Source: a virus (Duplodnaviria > Caudoviricetes). Taken from it: a stretch of 26,332 nt of DNA. The stretch spans positions 1-26,332 of the IMG/VR virus record IMGVR_UViG_3300037511_000238. One strand, written 5' to 3'. Both the position numbers and the translations under genes were made by a program. Positions 1 to 9,475 of the stretch are shown here, in pieces. Positions within the stretch are counted from its first letter, which is position 1, and each line of letters begins with the position of its first letter. A model generated the notes under the pieces. It made no database searches. It had not been told where the DNA came from and saw only the letters and a list, made by a program, of their open reading frames with translations.

Positions 1-733
1 TTTGAGAAATTATTCTTGCTAAGAGATCTTGATAATCCCAATATGTTTGAGTAAAATCGTCTGTTACAATTAAAGTCTGCTTGCTACCATTTGGCGGAAT
101 GCTAGGTAATGAGATTGAATAACCTGCTGAAACGTCAGCATTAATTGTAATTTTATCATTATTTGTTGAATTAAATATCTGAATACTATTAGATCCATTT
201 TTTAATATTATGCTTCCTGATGTTATAGAAGTTATTCCAGAAATATTACTTGCTAGTCCAATAATAGGGGCTGTTCCGCCCGTTGATGTAATTTGATTTG
301 CTGTGCCAGACACAGAAGTTACAAATCCTGTTGAACTAGTGGCATTTGTAATTCTTCCAAAATTATCAACAGTAATATTGGCGAAATTATATACTCCTGG
401 TGTTACGCCTGTTGGAACAAGGTTTATCGTGCATACTTTAGATACTGTATTTGAAGATATATTTCCAGCTGTTCCATTTATTGTAAGAATGGCACCTGAA
501 GCGGCTGCGTTTAAATCAGTCGCACTGGCCGTTAAATCTGAACCATCTAGTTGAAATACATTTCCTCCGGACCTATTAAAATTAATCCCTCTATTCGATA
601 TCGTTATTGTAGAATTTTGTCCTAAACCATCCTGTAGATTTCTAAAAGTAGCATCTAGTCCTTTTCCGCTATTAGTAGTGGTTAATAGGTCTCCGTAAGT
701 ATATTCTGGAAGCTGGTTTGTTAGGTTGGTCAT
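1..733 (-). CDS. Tail fibre-like virion protein, runs off the left edge of the window (not in ORF track)
   Basis: Manually translated from ATG at 733 (ATGA overlap with the upstream stop): MTNLTNQLPEYTYGDLL..., open to position 1. It is Gly/Thr/Ser-rich and contains TGVTPGVYNFANITVDNFGRIT, matching the phage tail-fibre repeat GVTxGxY...VTVDxxGRIT. Confidence 0.75.
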   Translation of the reverse strand, partial: MTNLTNQLPEYTYGDLLTTTNSGKGLDATFRNLQDGLGQNSTITISNRGINFNRSGGNVFQLDGSDLTASATDLNAAASGAILTINGTAGNISSNTVSKVCTINLVPTGVTPGVYNFANITVDNFGRITNATSSTGFVTSVSGTANQITSTGGTAPIIGLASNISGITSITSGSIILKNGSNSIQIFNSTNNDKITINADVSAGYSISLPSIPPNGSKQTLIVTDDFTQTYWDYQDLLARIISQ

Positions 734-1152
734 CCTGCACCCCAATTAAAATTCTGTAAACTTGCCAATTTTGCGGCTGGACTTAATTGCGCTGTTCCAT
801 CTTCAAAAGACCCCCATCCATTCCATATGTAAGTATTTAAATTGTTCCACGTGGCACCTAATCCTTGACTCCACGTAACTTGTTGTTGCTGCATAACACG
901 TGGTAATTTTGCAGGAACCGGATCTGGAGGAAGTATAGGAGTCCTCAATTGCTCATTTGGCTCATCTAGATAGGGCCTTCCTACCAAAAATCCTGTATCT
1001 ACAAGAGCAGTTCCTCTCCATTCCTTTTGCTTTACTAAGTCCCTTCTTCTAAAAACAAATCCTGTCTTATCACAAATCCCTAAACCTTCTGGATTTGAGG
1101 GGTCGATATTTACATGCTTTCCATGTGGCCTACCCGTCATGATTGAGCCCAT
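730..1152 (-). CDS. Conserved phage hypothetical protein of the virion module
   Basis: GICDKTGF...LVKQKEW...GFLV...LDEPNEQL pattern typical of the small gene after the head-tail protein in this phage type. The start may be the second Met (1140). Confidence 0.65.
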   Translation of the reverse strand: MGSIMTGRPHGKHVNIDPSNPEGLGICDKTGFVFRRRDLVKQKEWRGTALVDTGFLVGRPYLDEPNEQLRTPILPPDPVPAKLPRVMQQQQVTWSQGLGATWNNLNTYIWNGWGSFEDGTAQLSPAAKLASLQNFNWGAG

Positions 1153-2198
1153 CCTTGCATGTAGTCTCCGTAAAATCTTAAAGGAACTCTTTCTCTGTCT
1201 TCTTCAGAAGCTATTGTGAATTGTTCATCTGAATACATTTTTAATCTGTCTATAAGATTAACTTTCTCATTCTTTACCGCTAATCTATGTGCTACATCGG
1301 AACATAATGGTTCAATAAATCGACTAGGAATCTGTATGTTATTAGTCAATTGACCTGCATCTTGAATTTGAACTGTAGAAGTAAAAAACAAATTATTGTA
1401 AATATTGTTTGGTGTTGGCCATAATGTCACCGTGGGATTAATCGTTCTTGCCACATAAAATGAATTAGGCCTACCAGTTTGATTCTTCATTGGAATAGCT
1501 TCATATTCTGCTCTAGAACTTCTAGTAATAACCGTGTCATAAATCATGGTATTAAAATAAAGCTCTTGAATATTTAAGGTTCCCCCTCCTGTCTCTCTTA
1601 CCCTAAAATAAGAACCTAAGGTGGGCGCAGGAATAACAAACCAAATGTTAATGCCAGCAGGAAATGATTGAGCTGGTAAAGAGCTGGCAGTAAACCAGGT
1701 AGTCCCATCATTAGAATATTCCAATGCCAATTTATAAGTGGCTAATACATTAGATTGAACCCCTACTAACGCAATGGCATATTGATTTGAATTCCAACTA
1801 TAACTAATGTACCCATCTGAAGAGGTTTGCGTGCAGGCTGTATTGGGATTACCATCAAAAGCATTAGCAGCATTCCCGCCTGCACTAGAAAATGCGGTAC
1901 CCCCTAAATTTCTAGTAGATGTTCTTAGTTGTGCCTCTAATATATCAATGGTGGCATTAGGAAGATTGTAAGTAGCTTGACCAGCATTTAATGAAAGCAT
2001 GTTCTGTTGAACGATCCACAATTTAAGGCCCTTGCTGTTGTTTGTCCATGTGGTAAGGGTGAAATTTATAGACCTAATTGCAGATTGAACTTGCTGAGGA
2101 GTTAATACGTCAGGAATAATGCCAATTCTTTCATAAGCATCATAAACTATCGTCTCCACAATGGGAGAGCTAAAATTATAAGTCCCTGATGTTGACAA
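1137..2198 (-). CDS. Head-tail adaptor / tail tubular-like virion protein with inserted discoidin (F5/8 type C-like) domain
   Basis: N-terminus MSTSGTYNF..E.IV.DAYERIG and C-terminal GRP..FY...TVTLWPTP / IPSRF. The middle ANAFDGNPNT...LEYSNDGTTW...YFRV...IQELYF fits a discoidin-like beta-sandwich. Confidence 0.6.
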   Translation of the reverse strand: MSTSGTYNFSSPIVETIVYDAYERIGIIPDVLTPQQVQSAIRSINFTLTTWTNNSKGLKLWIVQQNMLSLNAGQATYNLPNATIDILEAQLRTSTRNLGGTAFSSAGGNAANAFDGNPNTACTQTSSDGYISYSWNSNQYAIALVGVQSNVLATYKLALEYSNDGTTWFTASSLPAQSFPAGINIWFVIPAPTLGSYFRVRETGGGTLNIQELYFNTMIYDTVITRSSRAEYEAIPMKNQTGRPNSFYVARTINPTVTLWPTPNNIYNNLFFTSTVQIQDAGQLTNNIQIPSRFIEPLCSDVAHRLAVKNEKVNLIDRLKMYSDEQFTIASEEDRERVPLRFYGDYMQGWAQS

Positions 2199-2208
2199 CT
2201 AATAATCC

Positions 2209-2400
2209 TCATTTGTGATGAAAGCTTTTCAATGTTTCAGCCAAAACTGCTCTTTTTCTAAGAGTCTTATTCTTAGAATGAGTCGCCTTTTCAATTTTTG
2301 ATTCAGGAATTTTCTTCCCTTTTGGAACATGTAAAGACTTGTGTAATGCACCCTTTTTCATGTGCATATTTTGTATAAAATTCTTCTTAGCTCTACTCAT
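2209..2400 (-). CDS. Small basic phage protein
   Basis: 63 aa, very Lys/His-rich, KKGALHKSLHVPKGKKIP...KRAVLAETL motif seen in phage structural operons; tight packing with neighbours. Confidence 0.7.
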   Translation of the reverse strand: MSRAKKNFIQNMHMKKGALHKSLHVPKGKKIPESKIEKATHSKNKTLRKRAVLAETLKSFHHK

Positions 2401-2403
2401 GTC

Positions 2404-3057
2404 TTAACCTCTAACTCCTTGTTGAATATAAGTTGCAGTTAATGCGCCATTTCCAGAGCTGCTATTTATAATTATGTTTGAATACCTAATAGGTTGAATC
2501 AAATTACCAAGCTGCTTCGTTGTTGCATTAGTCATCGCAGTTATAGGGTTAAATATGACGGGATTGGCAATTGTATTAACATCGTCTAATGTGACTTGTA
2601 ATGAGTAATTGATTGTTGTAGTAACGGCAACTTGTATACCTACATTTGCATTATCTATATAGTAATCGTAAGAATACCAATTAGTAACGCCAGTTGAACC
2701 TGTCCCGGCACTCACTGCAGCTGCTGCTGCATCTGCTGTAATGCTCGTCACGCTTTGAAATAACTGAGTGGTTGAAACAGTAGAGTTGTTAGGCCCTGCT
2801 ATTATTTGAGATACTAGATTTCCATTTAAATAACCAGCTATATTAAAATTAACACCTGATAAATTATTTGTAGAAGTTAAAGTAACAGTCCTAGATATAT
2901 TAGGAAAAACAGCAACAGGTGAATTTATTATAGAACCAGGCACAAGATTAGACAAAGAGCCGTTAATTAATAAATCACCAGCTCCAGCCAATGTTTGTAA
3001 CGCACTTACAGAAGTAGTACTTGCTGCTGGCCAATTAAATACAATAGGCTTGCTCAT
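2404..3057 (-). CDS. Virion structural protein (beta-rich)
   Basis: 217 aa Ser/Thr/Asn/Gly-rich ORF inside the structural operon, abutting its neighbours. Confidence 0.6.
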   Translation of the reverse strand: MSKPIVFNWPAASTTSVSALQTLAGAGDLLINGSLSNLVPGSIINSPVAVFPNISRTVTLTSTNNLSGVNFNIAGYLNGNLVSQIIAGPNNSTVSTTQLFQSVTSITADAAAAAVSAGTGSTGVTNWYSYDYYIDNANVGIQVAVTTTINYSLQVTLDDVNTIANPVIFNPITAMTNATTKQLGNLIQPIRYSNIIINSSSGNGALTATYIQQGVRG

Positions 3058-3294
3058 CTATTCCTCAGTTTTATCATTTTCTTTAACTTCTTCTCTAAAC
3101 AATTTTGCTGATTGAGAAAATGCTTGTATAGCACCCAACTCTTCATTCATAGATTTTTCAACAAACTTAATCTCTGCTCTTAAACTCCTAATAGAATCTC
3201 TAAGCTTAGAAATATAAAGCTTTCTATCTTCTACATTTTTTGTCAACTCAGATACCTTTTCATCTATCAATTTCAACTTTCCTTCCATTTCCAT
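3058..3294 (-). CDS. Small coiled-coil protein (possible fibre assembly chaperone)
   Basis: Heptad-like charged helix; AGGAGG RBS directly upstream; follows two fibre-like genes. Confidence 0.6.
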   Translation of the reverse strand: MEMEGKLKLIDEKVSELTKNVEDRKLYISKLRDSIRSLRAEIKFVEKSMNEELGAIQAFSQSAKLFREEVKENDKTEE

Positions 3295-3304
3295 TTCCTC
3301 CTGT

Positions 3305-4012
3305 TTAAGATATTGCGTAAACTTGATATGTAACTGTTACAACTAATGAACCACCACCAGCGTTAAATAATGCTGTATCATTTGTAAGACAAAGAGCCTT
3401 ATTTGTTATTGCAGAAGTAACCCCTGCAGAACCACTTACAGCGCCTATGCCCGCCATTGAATTCGCACCTAATGTCGTCATAAATGTATTAGCAAGCGTT
3501 CCACTCGCCTTTACAGAGCCATGACCAGTTGTTCCGTAATGAAGATATAATCCGCCACCTGCTCCGAAATCAGCAGTATGAAATATATAATTGAAAAGAA
3601 CAGAATTAACTATAATTGCATTTCCTACTCCTGGCGCTGGCACAAGAATTATCCCAGTAGTAAACATCGATAATACTTGAGCATTACTGATTACAAATGA
3701 ATTTGTTTGTAAACCAGATGTTCCAGGAGAATACCAAGCTCCAGTTTGTCTTATTTGAAGGGCTTCTAAATCGCTATCAAACAACAACATTCCGTCAACA
3801 ACAGTTGTTAGTGCATTCTTCTGAGCAGTTGTCATCCTTGGGAGTAACAAAGTTCCAGTGACAGACTGAATCTCAAGAGCAGCATTAACAGGAACCCCGT
3901 TAACCTTAGTTAATGATGAAACAGAATCAACAGGACCATTTGTATAGGTTCCCGCATCATATATTAATATAGAGCTATTTGTTGCTGATGGAGATATTAA
4001 ATTTATTGACAT
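3305..4012 (-). CDS. Virion fibre/spike-like protein, paralog of 4022-5218
   Basis: N-terminal ~95 aa nearly identical to 4022-5218 (KVNGVPVNAALEIQSV.GTLLLPRMTT.QKNALTTVVDGMLLFD). Confidence 0.65.
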   Translation of the reverse strand: MSINLISPSATNSSILIYDAGTYTNGPVDSVSSLTKVNGVPVNAALEIQSVTGTLLLPRMTTAQKNALTTVVDGMLLFDSDLEALQIRQTGAWYSPGTSGLQTNSFVISNAQVLSMFTTGIILVPAPGVGNAIIVNSVLFNYIFHTADFGAGGGLYLHYGTTGHGSVKASGTLANTFMTTLGANSMAGIGAVSGSAGVTSAITNKALCLTNDTALFNAGGGSLVVTVTYQVYAIS

Positions 4013-4021
4013 ATATTAACC

Positions 4022-5218
4022 TTATGAATTTAAATTAACTATTGAATACCATATGTCTATAACTAAGGTATCCCCTGCATCTCCACCTGTTAGATCGCTT
4101 CCATCTATTGCAACAGATATAGGTTTGTTTCCGTCAGCAACATCCGTTGTTTCTATCATTATTCCAGAGGTAGATGTCATACTGCTTGTTGTAGAAGATA
4201 AAAATAAATTTGGAGAAACGTCAACACTAGCTTGAGTAGAGCCAGTTACTAAATTGGTACCATATTGAAGCCTCAATAATGTGGAAGCGCTTCCAGTATT
4301 TGTATAAAGCGTTGTCCCACCTTTCTTTAACTTGAAATTCGTCCTATGTACAATTATTATCTTTCCTGCGCCAGGAGCTGAAAGCAAAACAGGTGGTGCA
4401 CTAGATAATCCCTGTATCTCAAGATGAGTTAAAGCAGGAATTTGTGCGTATATAATAGGTCCAATACTATCAGCTGATAAATGTCCAAAAACGTCACAAG
4501 TAACCGGAGTTTGGCCAGTTGTTGGAAGAGTATCTGGTAATGTGTAAGTTATATTTGAAGTAGGGTTTAATGAGCTTAATGCAGTATAAAATGTATCTGA
4601 GCTATTCCAAAATACAATTGTACCATTAACATTATCTGGTCTAAGATTTAATACTCCATTACCTTTGAATACTAGATCTAATCCAACATTAGTATCGCTA
4701 CCACTTGTTGAAAGAATCGGATCGTTACCGGTAGATCCTCCTGTTACTTCTATAAAGTTAACAGCAGATGGAGTATTAGTTATGTTAAACTGTCTAGTTC
4801 CGCCTGTTGAAAAATCTATCGTATTAGCGGCACTGCTATACATTCCAGTATTTGTTCTTCCTACAAATGTATAGGTGGGTGCCGCTGCGCTTCCTACACC
4901 AGCAGTAAATGTTCCGCCAGAATTGTTAGATAAGGTAACCCAAGAACTTCCTTCTCTTCCCTGTATTACACCTAGGGTATTGTCAAACAATAACATTCCG
5001 TCAACAACAGTTGTTAATGCATTCTTCTGAGTAGTAGTCATCCTAGGAAGTAATAAAGTACCACTAACAGACTGAATCTCAAGAGCAGCATTAACTGGCA
5101 CACCATTAACTTTTGTCATTAAAGCGACAGAGTCTATAGGTCCACCAGTAACAGTTCCTGTATCATATATCAATGTAGCGCTAGGAATTGCTGACGGCGA
5201 TATTAAATTAATACCCAT
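4022..5218 (-). CDS. Virion fibre/spike-like protein
   Basis: 398 aa Thr/Ser/Gly-rich; GSAAAPTYTF...NTGMY...IDFSTGG segment typical of phage fibre proteins; directly after the capsid gene. Confidence 0.65.
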   Translation of the reverse strand: MGINLISPSAIPSATLIYDTGTVTGGPIDSVALMTKVNGVPVNAALEIQSVSGTLLLPRMTTTQKNALTTVVDGMLLFDNTLGVIQGREGSSWVTLSNNSGGTFTAGVGSAAAPTYTFVGRTNTGMYSSAANTIDFSTGGTRQFNITNTPSAVNFIEVTGGSTGNDPILSTSGSDTNVGLDLVFKGNGVLNLRPDNVNGTIVFWNSSDTFYTALSSLNPTSNITYTLPDTLPTTGQTPVTCDVFGHLSADSIGPIIYAQIPALTHLEIQGLSSAPPVLLSAPGAGKIIIVHRTNFKLKKGGTTLYTNTGSASTLLRLQYGTNLVTGSTQASVDVSPNLFLSSTTSSMTSTSGIMIETTDVADGNKPISVAIDGSDLTGGDAGDTLVIDIWYSIVNLNS

Positions 5219-5235
5219 CTATATTCATCCTTTAA

Positions 5236-6141
5236 TTACGGACCGTTACAAGCAAAAACAATACGTGGGTTACTTACGCCGAACGAATATCTTTCAATTG
5301 CTTTACAAAGTAAGTTGTCAGTTGAAAAATCAGTGTAAACATCAGTTTCAATAGCTTCTCTTACATAGTGTTTGAACCCATTGTCCGCGTCCGTTAAAAT
5401 ATACCAGGAGTTTGGTAACGTTAAATAATGATTAACTTTAAACCCTTCTGGAATAGAATTTTGATGATGTATAGAGCTAATATCATTTATAGTAGTCCCA
5501 GTTCTAAATGCAGAACCTAATAATCTGTCAGCAACAAATTGTCCTTGAGGAGGAACAATCATTTTTTTAGGACTATTCATACAAAGGTTACCAGCCAAAT
5601 CTCTGAACTGCTGGATTTGTATGATTGCACTTTCTAATGAACCTTCATTTAAGTCCGCTTGAACAGCAAATGTATTAGCAAAAACTCCAGTATCAATTGG
5701 ATGGTTAATACTCAATAATGGCTGACCGTCACCAATAGGAAAGTTTGCATCAAAACCGTTATTTAAAATATTTGCCCCAAGAATATTCTTTGTCTGACGC
5801 ATTGCATTTTTCAACGATTTTGCCATCATTGGGAATCTTGATTTGTACAGATTATCCATCTGAGCTTGACGAGTTATTGAGAACGAAAGTCCTACATATT
5901 GATTTAAATATGACGTAATATTTCGTTGGCCCATTCCGTTATCAACAGCAGTTGGAGAGCCTTCTGGTCTTATTTGACCAATGCTTAGCATTCTCATTTC
6001 AACTTCTTGCTCAACAGCTTTATCACTTTGGTAGATTTCGTATATCTCTTTCCATTGATCATTATACTGAGCATAATCTCCAAAAATGCACGCTAGGCCC
6101 GGTTTCAGAAGGTTGGCAATTTGGGTGGTATTGATGGACAT
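5236..6141 (-). CDS. Major capsid protein (Mu gpT-like, HK97 fold)
   Basis: MSINTTQIANLLKPGL..FG, GDGQPLLS..HP, DLNEGSLE, PKKMIVPP, KAIERYSFGVSNPR motifs; 301 aa; AGGAG RBS; position after scaffold and decoration genes. Confidence 0.88.
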   Translation of the reverse strand: MSINTTQIANLLKPGLACIFGDYAQYNDQWKEIYEIYQSDKAVEQEVEMRMLSIGQIRPEGSPTAVDNGMGQRNITSYLNQYVGLSFSITRQAQMDNLYKSRFPMMAKSLKNAMRQTKNILGANILNNGFDANFPIGDGQPLLSINHPIDTGVFANTFAVQADLNEGSLESAIIQIQQFRDLAGNLCMNSPKKMIVPPQGQFVADRLLGSAFRTGTTINDISSIHHQNSIPEGFKVNHYLTLPNSWYILTDADNGFKHYVREAIETDVYTDFSTDNLLCKAIERYSFGVSNPRIVFACNGP

Positions 6142-6164
6142 TTTATATTCTCCTGTTAATTTTA

Positions 6165-6782
6165 TTAAACACCAGCTGTTCCAGTGCCACCCTTATAAAT
6201 ATGATTATTTATAAGAACTAAAGCATTGTTGTACTGAGCAGTTGCAGAACCGGGACCATTTCCAGGACGCGGCGTGAATCTAATCATTTTAAGTGGCAAT
6301 GCAGCAGTCGTAAGAATTGTATTAACATCTAAATAAGTTGTAGATAAACCATTAAATGTGTTACCAGTACCTATTACTACAGCAGCATTATTTCCCATAT
6401 TTGCTTGAATCAAATACTTGTTGCCAGCAGTAGAATTTGATGCTTGGATATCGAATAAAATCCATGGATCATCGTATATAAGCGCTTGAGCGGGAGCGTC
6501 ACCTTTTGTTTCAGTATTTGCAACCCAATTTTTTGAGAATTGATAATTACCATTTGCATCTGTGTATTTTACTCCACCAAATACACCTACCCATGGTCCA
6601 TTAGCAGCACCTATAACAATTGAACCAGTATTATCAAAAGTTACCGGATCACCACTGAAAATTGCTGTATCATAACCAGAAGCTAATAAATAAGGATTTG
6701 GTTGACCATTATATGTAACGCCATTAAGATATTGGCTTGGAACTAGCCCTTGGGGCGAATTAACATTATTACCGTATGACAT
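6165..6782 (-). CDS. Capsid decoration / minor head protein
   Basis: P.GL.P...Y.TAIFSGDPV...GVF.GVKYTD...DDP..LF.IQ pattern; immediately upstream of the capsid gene. Confidence 0.65.
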   Translation of the reverse strand: MSYGNNVNSPQGLVPSQYLNGVTYNGQPNPYLLASGYDTAIFSGDPVTFDNTGSIVIGAANGPWVGVFGGVKYTDANGNYQFSKNWVANTETKGDAPAQALIYDDPWILFDIQASNSTAGNKYLIQANMGNNAAVVIGTGNTFNGLSTTYLDVNTILTTAALPLKMIRFTPRPGNGPGSATAQYNNALVLINNHIYKGGTGTAGV

Positions 6783-6917
6783 AATATCTCCGAAAACTGT
6801 AGTTAAGGATTTTATCCCTGACAGCTTATAAGCTTTCGCTTAATTTCGTGATGTCACACGGTGGAGGTATGAAACCTCGGCCTTAATTTTATGAGATTTG
6901 GCCCACTCAACATCTAA

Positions 6918-6946
6918 ATATTACATCATAGTAATAAATATTGCAA
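6918..6946 (-). promoter_or_regulatory. Putative sigma70-type promoter for decoration and capsid genes
   Basis: Minus strand TTGCAA (6946-6941) - 17 nt - TAATAT (6923-6918) in the largest intergenic gap of the structural operon. Confidence 0.5.
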
Positions 6947-6990
6947 ACTTATTGTTAAAAACAATAAAGTTGTATATTCACAAAAACTTA

Positions 6991-7518
6991 TTACCAAGAA
7001 AACTGAACATTGTTACCAAGATTATTCCTATTTGATGGCCTATCTTCTTCTTTAGTATACGATACTCTTATATCTGGTTTATTAAAGTGTGTATATCTAT
7101 CAGAGTATGGTGTATCTAATCCTTGCAATGAGCCAAGTTGTTCTGCCGTCTTTCTGCTTCTCTCAGCTTGTTCTGCAAGGTGTAGATGCTTAGATTTTTC
7201 ACATAAGATTAGACCTGTTCTTTCAATATAATTTTTTGAAATTTTATTTTCTCCGAATAATGTTTTAGATGAAAGTTCTGGATGTCTATCTAAAGGAACA
7301 GCGCTCCATCCTGTGTTAGCTGCAAATGTAGTCCTGTTATGATCTGGAATGTCTCTTATACTTGCTCTAAGCCAAAAGTAAACTTTATCACTAGGAATGA
7401 TTTGAGGAGGTATATAATATGGATTATTCCAGTCCATATCAAACACTCTTTTCTGCTCTAAACTTCTTTCTTCCAAACTTCTGGATTCTTCTATTCTGCT
7501 TCTAGAAATTCTACTCAT
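6991..7518 (-). CDS. Conserved phage head-module hypothetical protein
   Basis: Y.WLR.S...GW..VP.DRHPE...IERTGLILC pattern typical of the gene between scaffold and decoration genes; TAATG coupling to the scaffold gene. Confidence 0.7.
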   Translation of the reverse strand: MSRISRSRIEESRSLEERSLEQKRVFDMDWNNPYYIPPQIIPSDKVYFWLRASIRDIPDHNRTTFAANTGWSAVPLDRHPELSSKTLFGENKISKNYIERTGLILCEKSKHLHLAEQAERSRKTAEQLGSLQGLDTPYSDRYTHFNKPDIRVSYTKEEDRPSNRNNLGNNVQFSW

Positions 7519-8501
7519 TATCTTCTCCCCGTATATAGTTTACCTGCTTTCCTCAATTTTTCCCTTTCAATAACATATTTTTCTGGTGTTATTCCTGACA
7601 TAGAAGCTAATTCTAACTCATCTTTAGATACAGTAAATTTTTCACTTCTTCTACCGCTTTCAGCATTTTGTGATCTAACAGGTGAAACGCTTTGTCTTGC
7701 TTGTTTCATAGGAATATGTCTCCCTTGATTAGGATTGTAATCATCTTCGTCTCTTTCATATGTTTGTTCTCTTTGTTGTCTCAATGAATTAACATAGTTG
7801 TCTATTTCTTGAAAATATTCTCTAGAATAAATTTGATTTCCAAATCCATTTCTATATAAATAAGCATCAAGTCTATCTATTGCTGCATCAACATGATTAG
7901 TTAACTCTTCATCATAATCTTCACTATTAGAATTCATCCATGTATTTCTTCTTGCCCAATTTTGAGCTTCGGATGGAATTCCAGTTCTGTTTTTTTGTTC
8001 ATTCATTAAAGATTCTTGATGCTGATTATTTTCATATTCTTTTTGAATCTTCCAGTCTTTGGCCTGTTTATACTCAGATGCAGCCATGCTTAATTCAATT
8101 TGAGCATTAGTTTGCTCTTGAATATCTCCTGACTCAATGGCTTGAGCCATTTTCCCTTTTGCGTAATCTAGCCTTTGCTTAAGGTTTTCTTCATAGTTAA
8201 AAAGAGCGCTTTGGTTTGATAACTCTGCAATCTTTCTTAATTTTTCATTCTCAGACTTTATGTTTTCTAGCTCCATTAAAGCCTGATACTTTTCTCTTTG
8301 TAACTCATTTATTCTTTTGTTTGCTCTTGGTCTCTTCTCTTTTACAGGTTCACTTGGCCTTTCTTCTGCATGCTCATCAAATGGCTGTTCTGCGTCTTCC
8401 TTGACATCAGAACCTTCAATTTCCGGTTCATCCGGAATAGTTACCTCTTGTTCTTCTTGTTGAGGAACATCTTTTTCATTTAATTCTATATCTTGACTCA
8501 T
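7518..8501 (-). CDS. Capsid scaffolding protein (likely start MSQDIE at 8501)
   Basis: Acidic N-terminus, KRINEL coiled coil, A..W..RN.W motif, C-terminal short helix-turn-helix (VSKDELELASMSGITPEKY); located between portal and capsid genes. Confidence 0.72.
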   Translation of the reverse strand: MSQDIELNEKDVPQQEEQEVTIPDEPEIEGSDVKEDAEQPFDEHAEERPSEPVKEKRPRANKRINELQREKYQALMELENIKSENEKLRKIAELSNQSALFNYEENLKQRLDYAKGKMAQAIESGDIQEQTNAQIELSMAASEYKQAKDWKIQKEYENNQHQESLMNEQKNRTGIPSEAQNWARRNTWMNSNSEDYDEELTNHVDAAIDRLDAYLYRNGFGNQIYSREYFQEIDNYVNSLRQQREQTYERDEDDYNPNQGRHIPMKQARQSVSPVRSQNAESGRRSEKFTVSKDELELASMSGITPEKYVIEREKLRKAGKLYTGRR

Positions 8502-8511
8502 TTTTATCCCC

Positions 8512-9252
8512 TTAATCTCTTTTAACGTGTTCAGGATCTTCAACAATACCCATTACCCTATCATCGTATATGTATTGCATAGGTATCCCTCTATAATTCA
8601 CTTGTATTCCTTCATGTCTAGGTATAACTACCCAATCTCCTACTCTGGACCATGGCATTTTTGTTTTTTCAGGCATCCATCTATTAAAGAATATTCTTAA
8701 GAATCTTATAGCCCAATTCTCTTCAAACCTTTTTCCTTTGTAACATTCAGGTCCTTGAGATAAAACCAATGCTACACAGTTTGTAAATTTATCATTCACT
8801 CTGGATGAGTCAGGAAGAACAAAAGTTTTCTTTTCTTTAGTAACAGGATCAATAAATGATTTTAATTCATTAGACCTAACATAAATCTTTACAGCCATGA
8901 ATGGACCTGTAACTCTTGGAGCTTCAAATCCTAAATGTTCTTCAATTAATTTCTTTGCCTTTTCTACCTCATAATCTTCAATAAAGCTTAACTTGAATTT
9001 GTTACTTGTTTCTTTTACTTCAACAGCATTCATTGGAATTTCATTAGTAAGTTCAATATTTGAATTTTTTTCTTCTTTACTTTTAGATTCTATAGAATTA
9101 TGTTCAATATTACTTGCTTCAGAAACTTCTATAGTCTTATTTTCAATATTTTCAGAATTTAATTTTTTTAATTGCGATTCTTTTTCAATAATGAATTCCT
9201 TTTCATTCCTAACCTTCCTTTTATCTTCAAACTTTATTTGTTTCTTACTCAT
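8512..9252 (-). CDS. GroES-like phage co-chaperonin with long charged N-terminal extension (likely start 9252)
   Basis: C-terminal half P..G...VK...VLP...VLSQGPECY...PWSRVGDWV...G......DD.V.G.V.DP fits phage GroES/Cpn10; AAGGAG at 9260-9265 precedes ATG 9252. Confidence 0.72.
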   Translation of the reverse strand: MSKKQIKFEDKRKVRNEKEFIIEKESQLKKLNSENIENKTIEVSEASNIEHNSIESKSKEEKNSNIELTNEIPMNAVEVKETSNKFKLSFIEDYEVEKAKKLIEEHLGFEAPRVTGPFMAVKIYVRSNELKSFIDPVTKEKKTFVLPDSSRVNDKFTNCVALVLSQGPECYKGKRFEENWAIRFLRIFFNRWMPEKTKMPWSRVGDWVVIPRHEGIQVNYRGIPMQYIYDDRVMGIVEDPEHVKRD

Positions 9253-9475
9253 ATCCTTTCTCCTTGTCTTCCATTTCACCAAAATTTTTAGTTTCAAACA
9301 TACTTTTGTAGATTTCTCTTAAAATCATCTCTGATTCCAATATCCCTCTATAAATTCCAGCATTTAGCTTATAATCCTCAAATGTTTGAAAAGAGCCAGA
9401 CAAAAGTTTATTTGAGAACAAACTTTTCTTCTCTTCAATACATCTGATGACTCCTTGGAAAAAGCTGGTAATCAT
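9245..9475 (-). CDS. Small conserved phage protein upstream of the GroES-like gene
   Basis: L.SG...FEDYK...G.YRG pattern; overlapping start/stop codons with neighbours. Confidence 0.65.
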   Translation of the reverse strand: MITSFFQGVIRCIEEKKSLFSNKLLSGSFQTFEDYKLNAGIYRGILESEMILREIYKSMFETKNFGEMEDKEKGYE

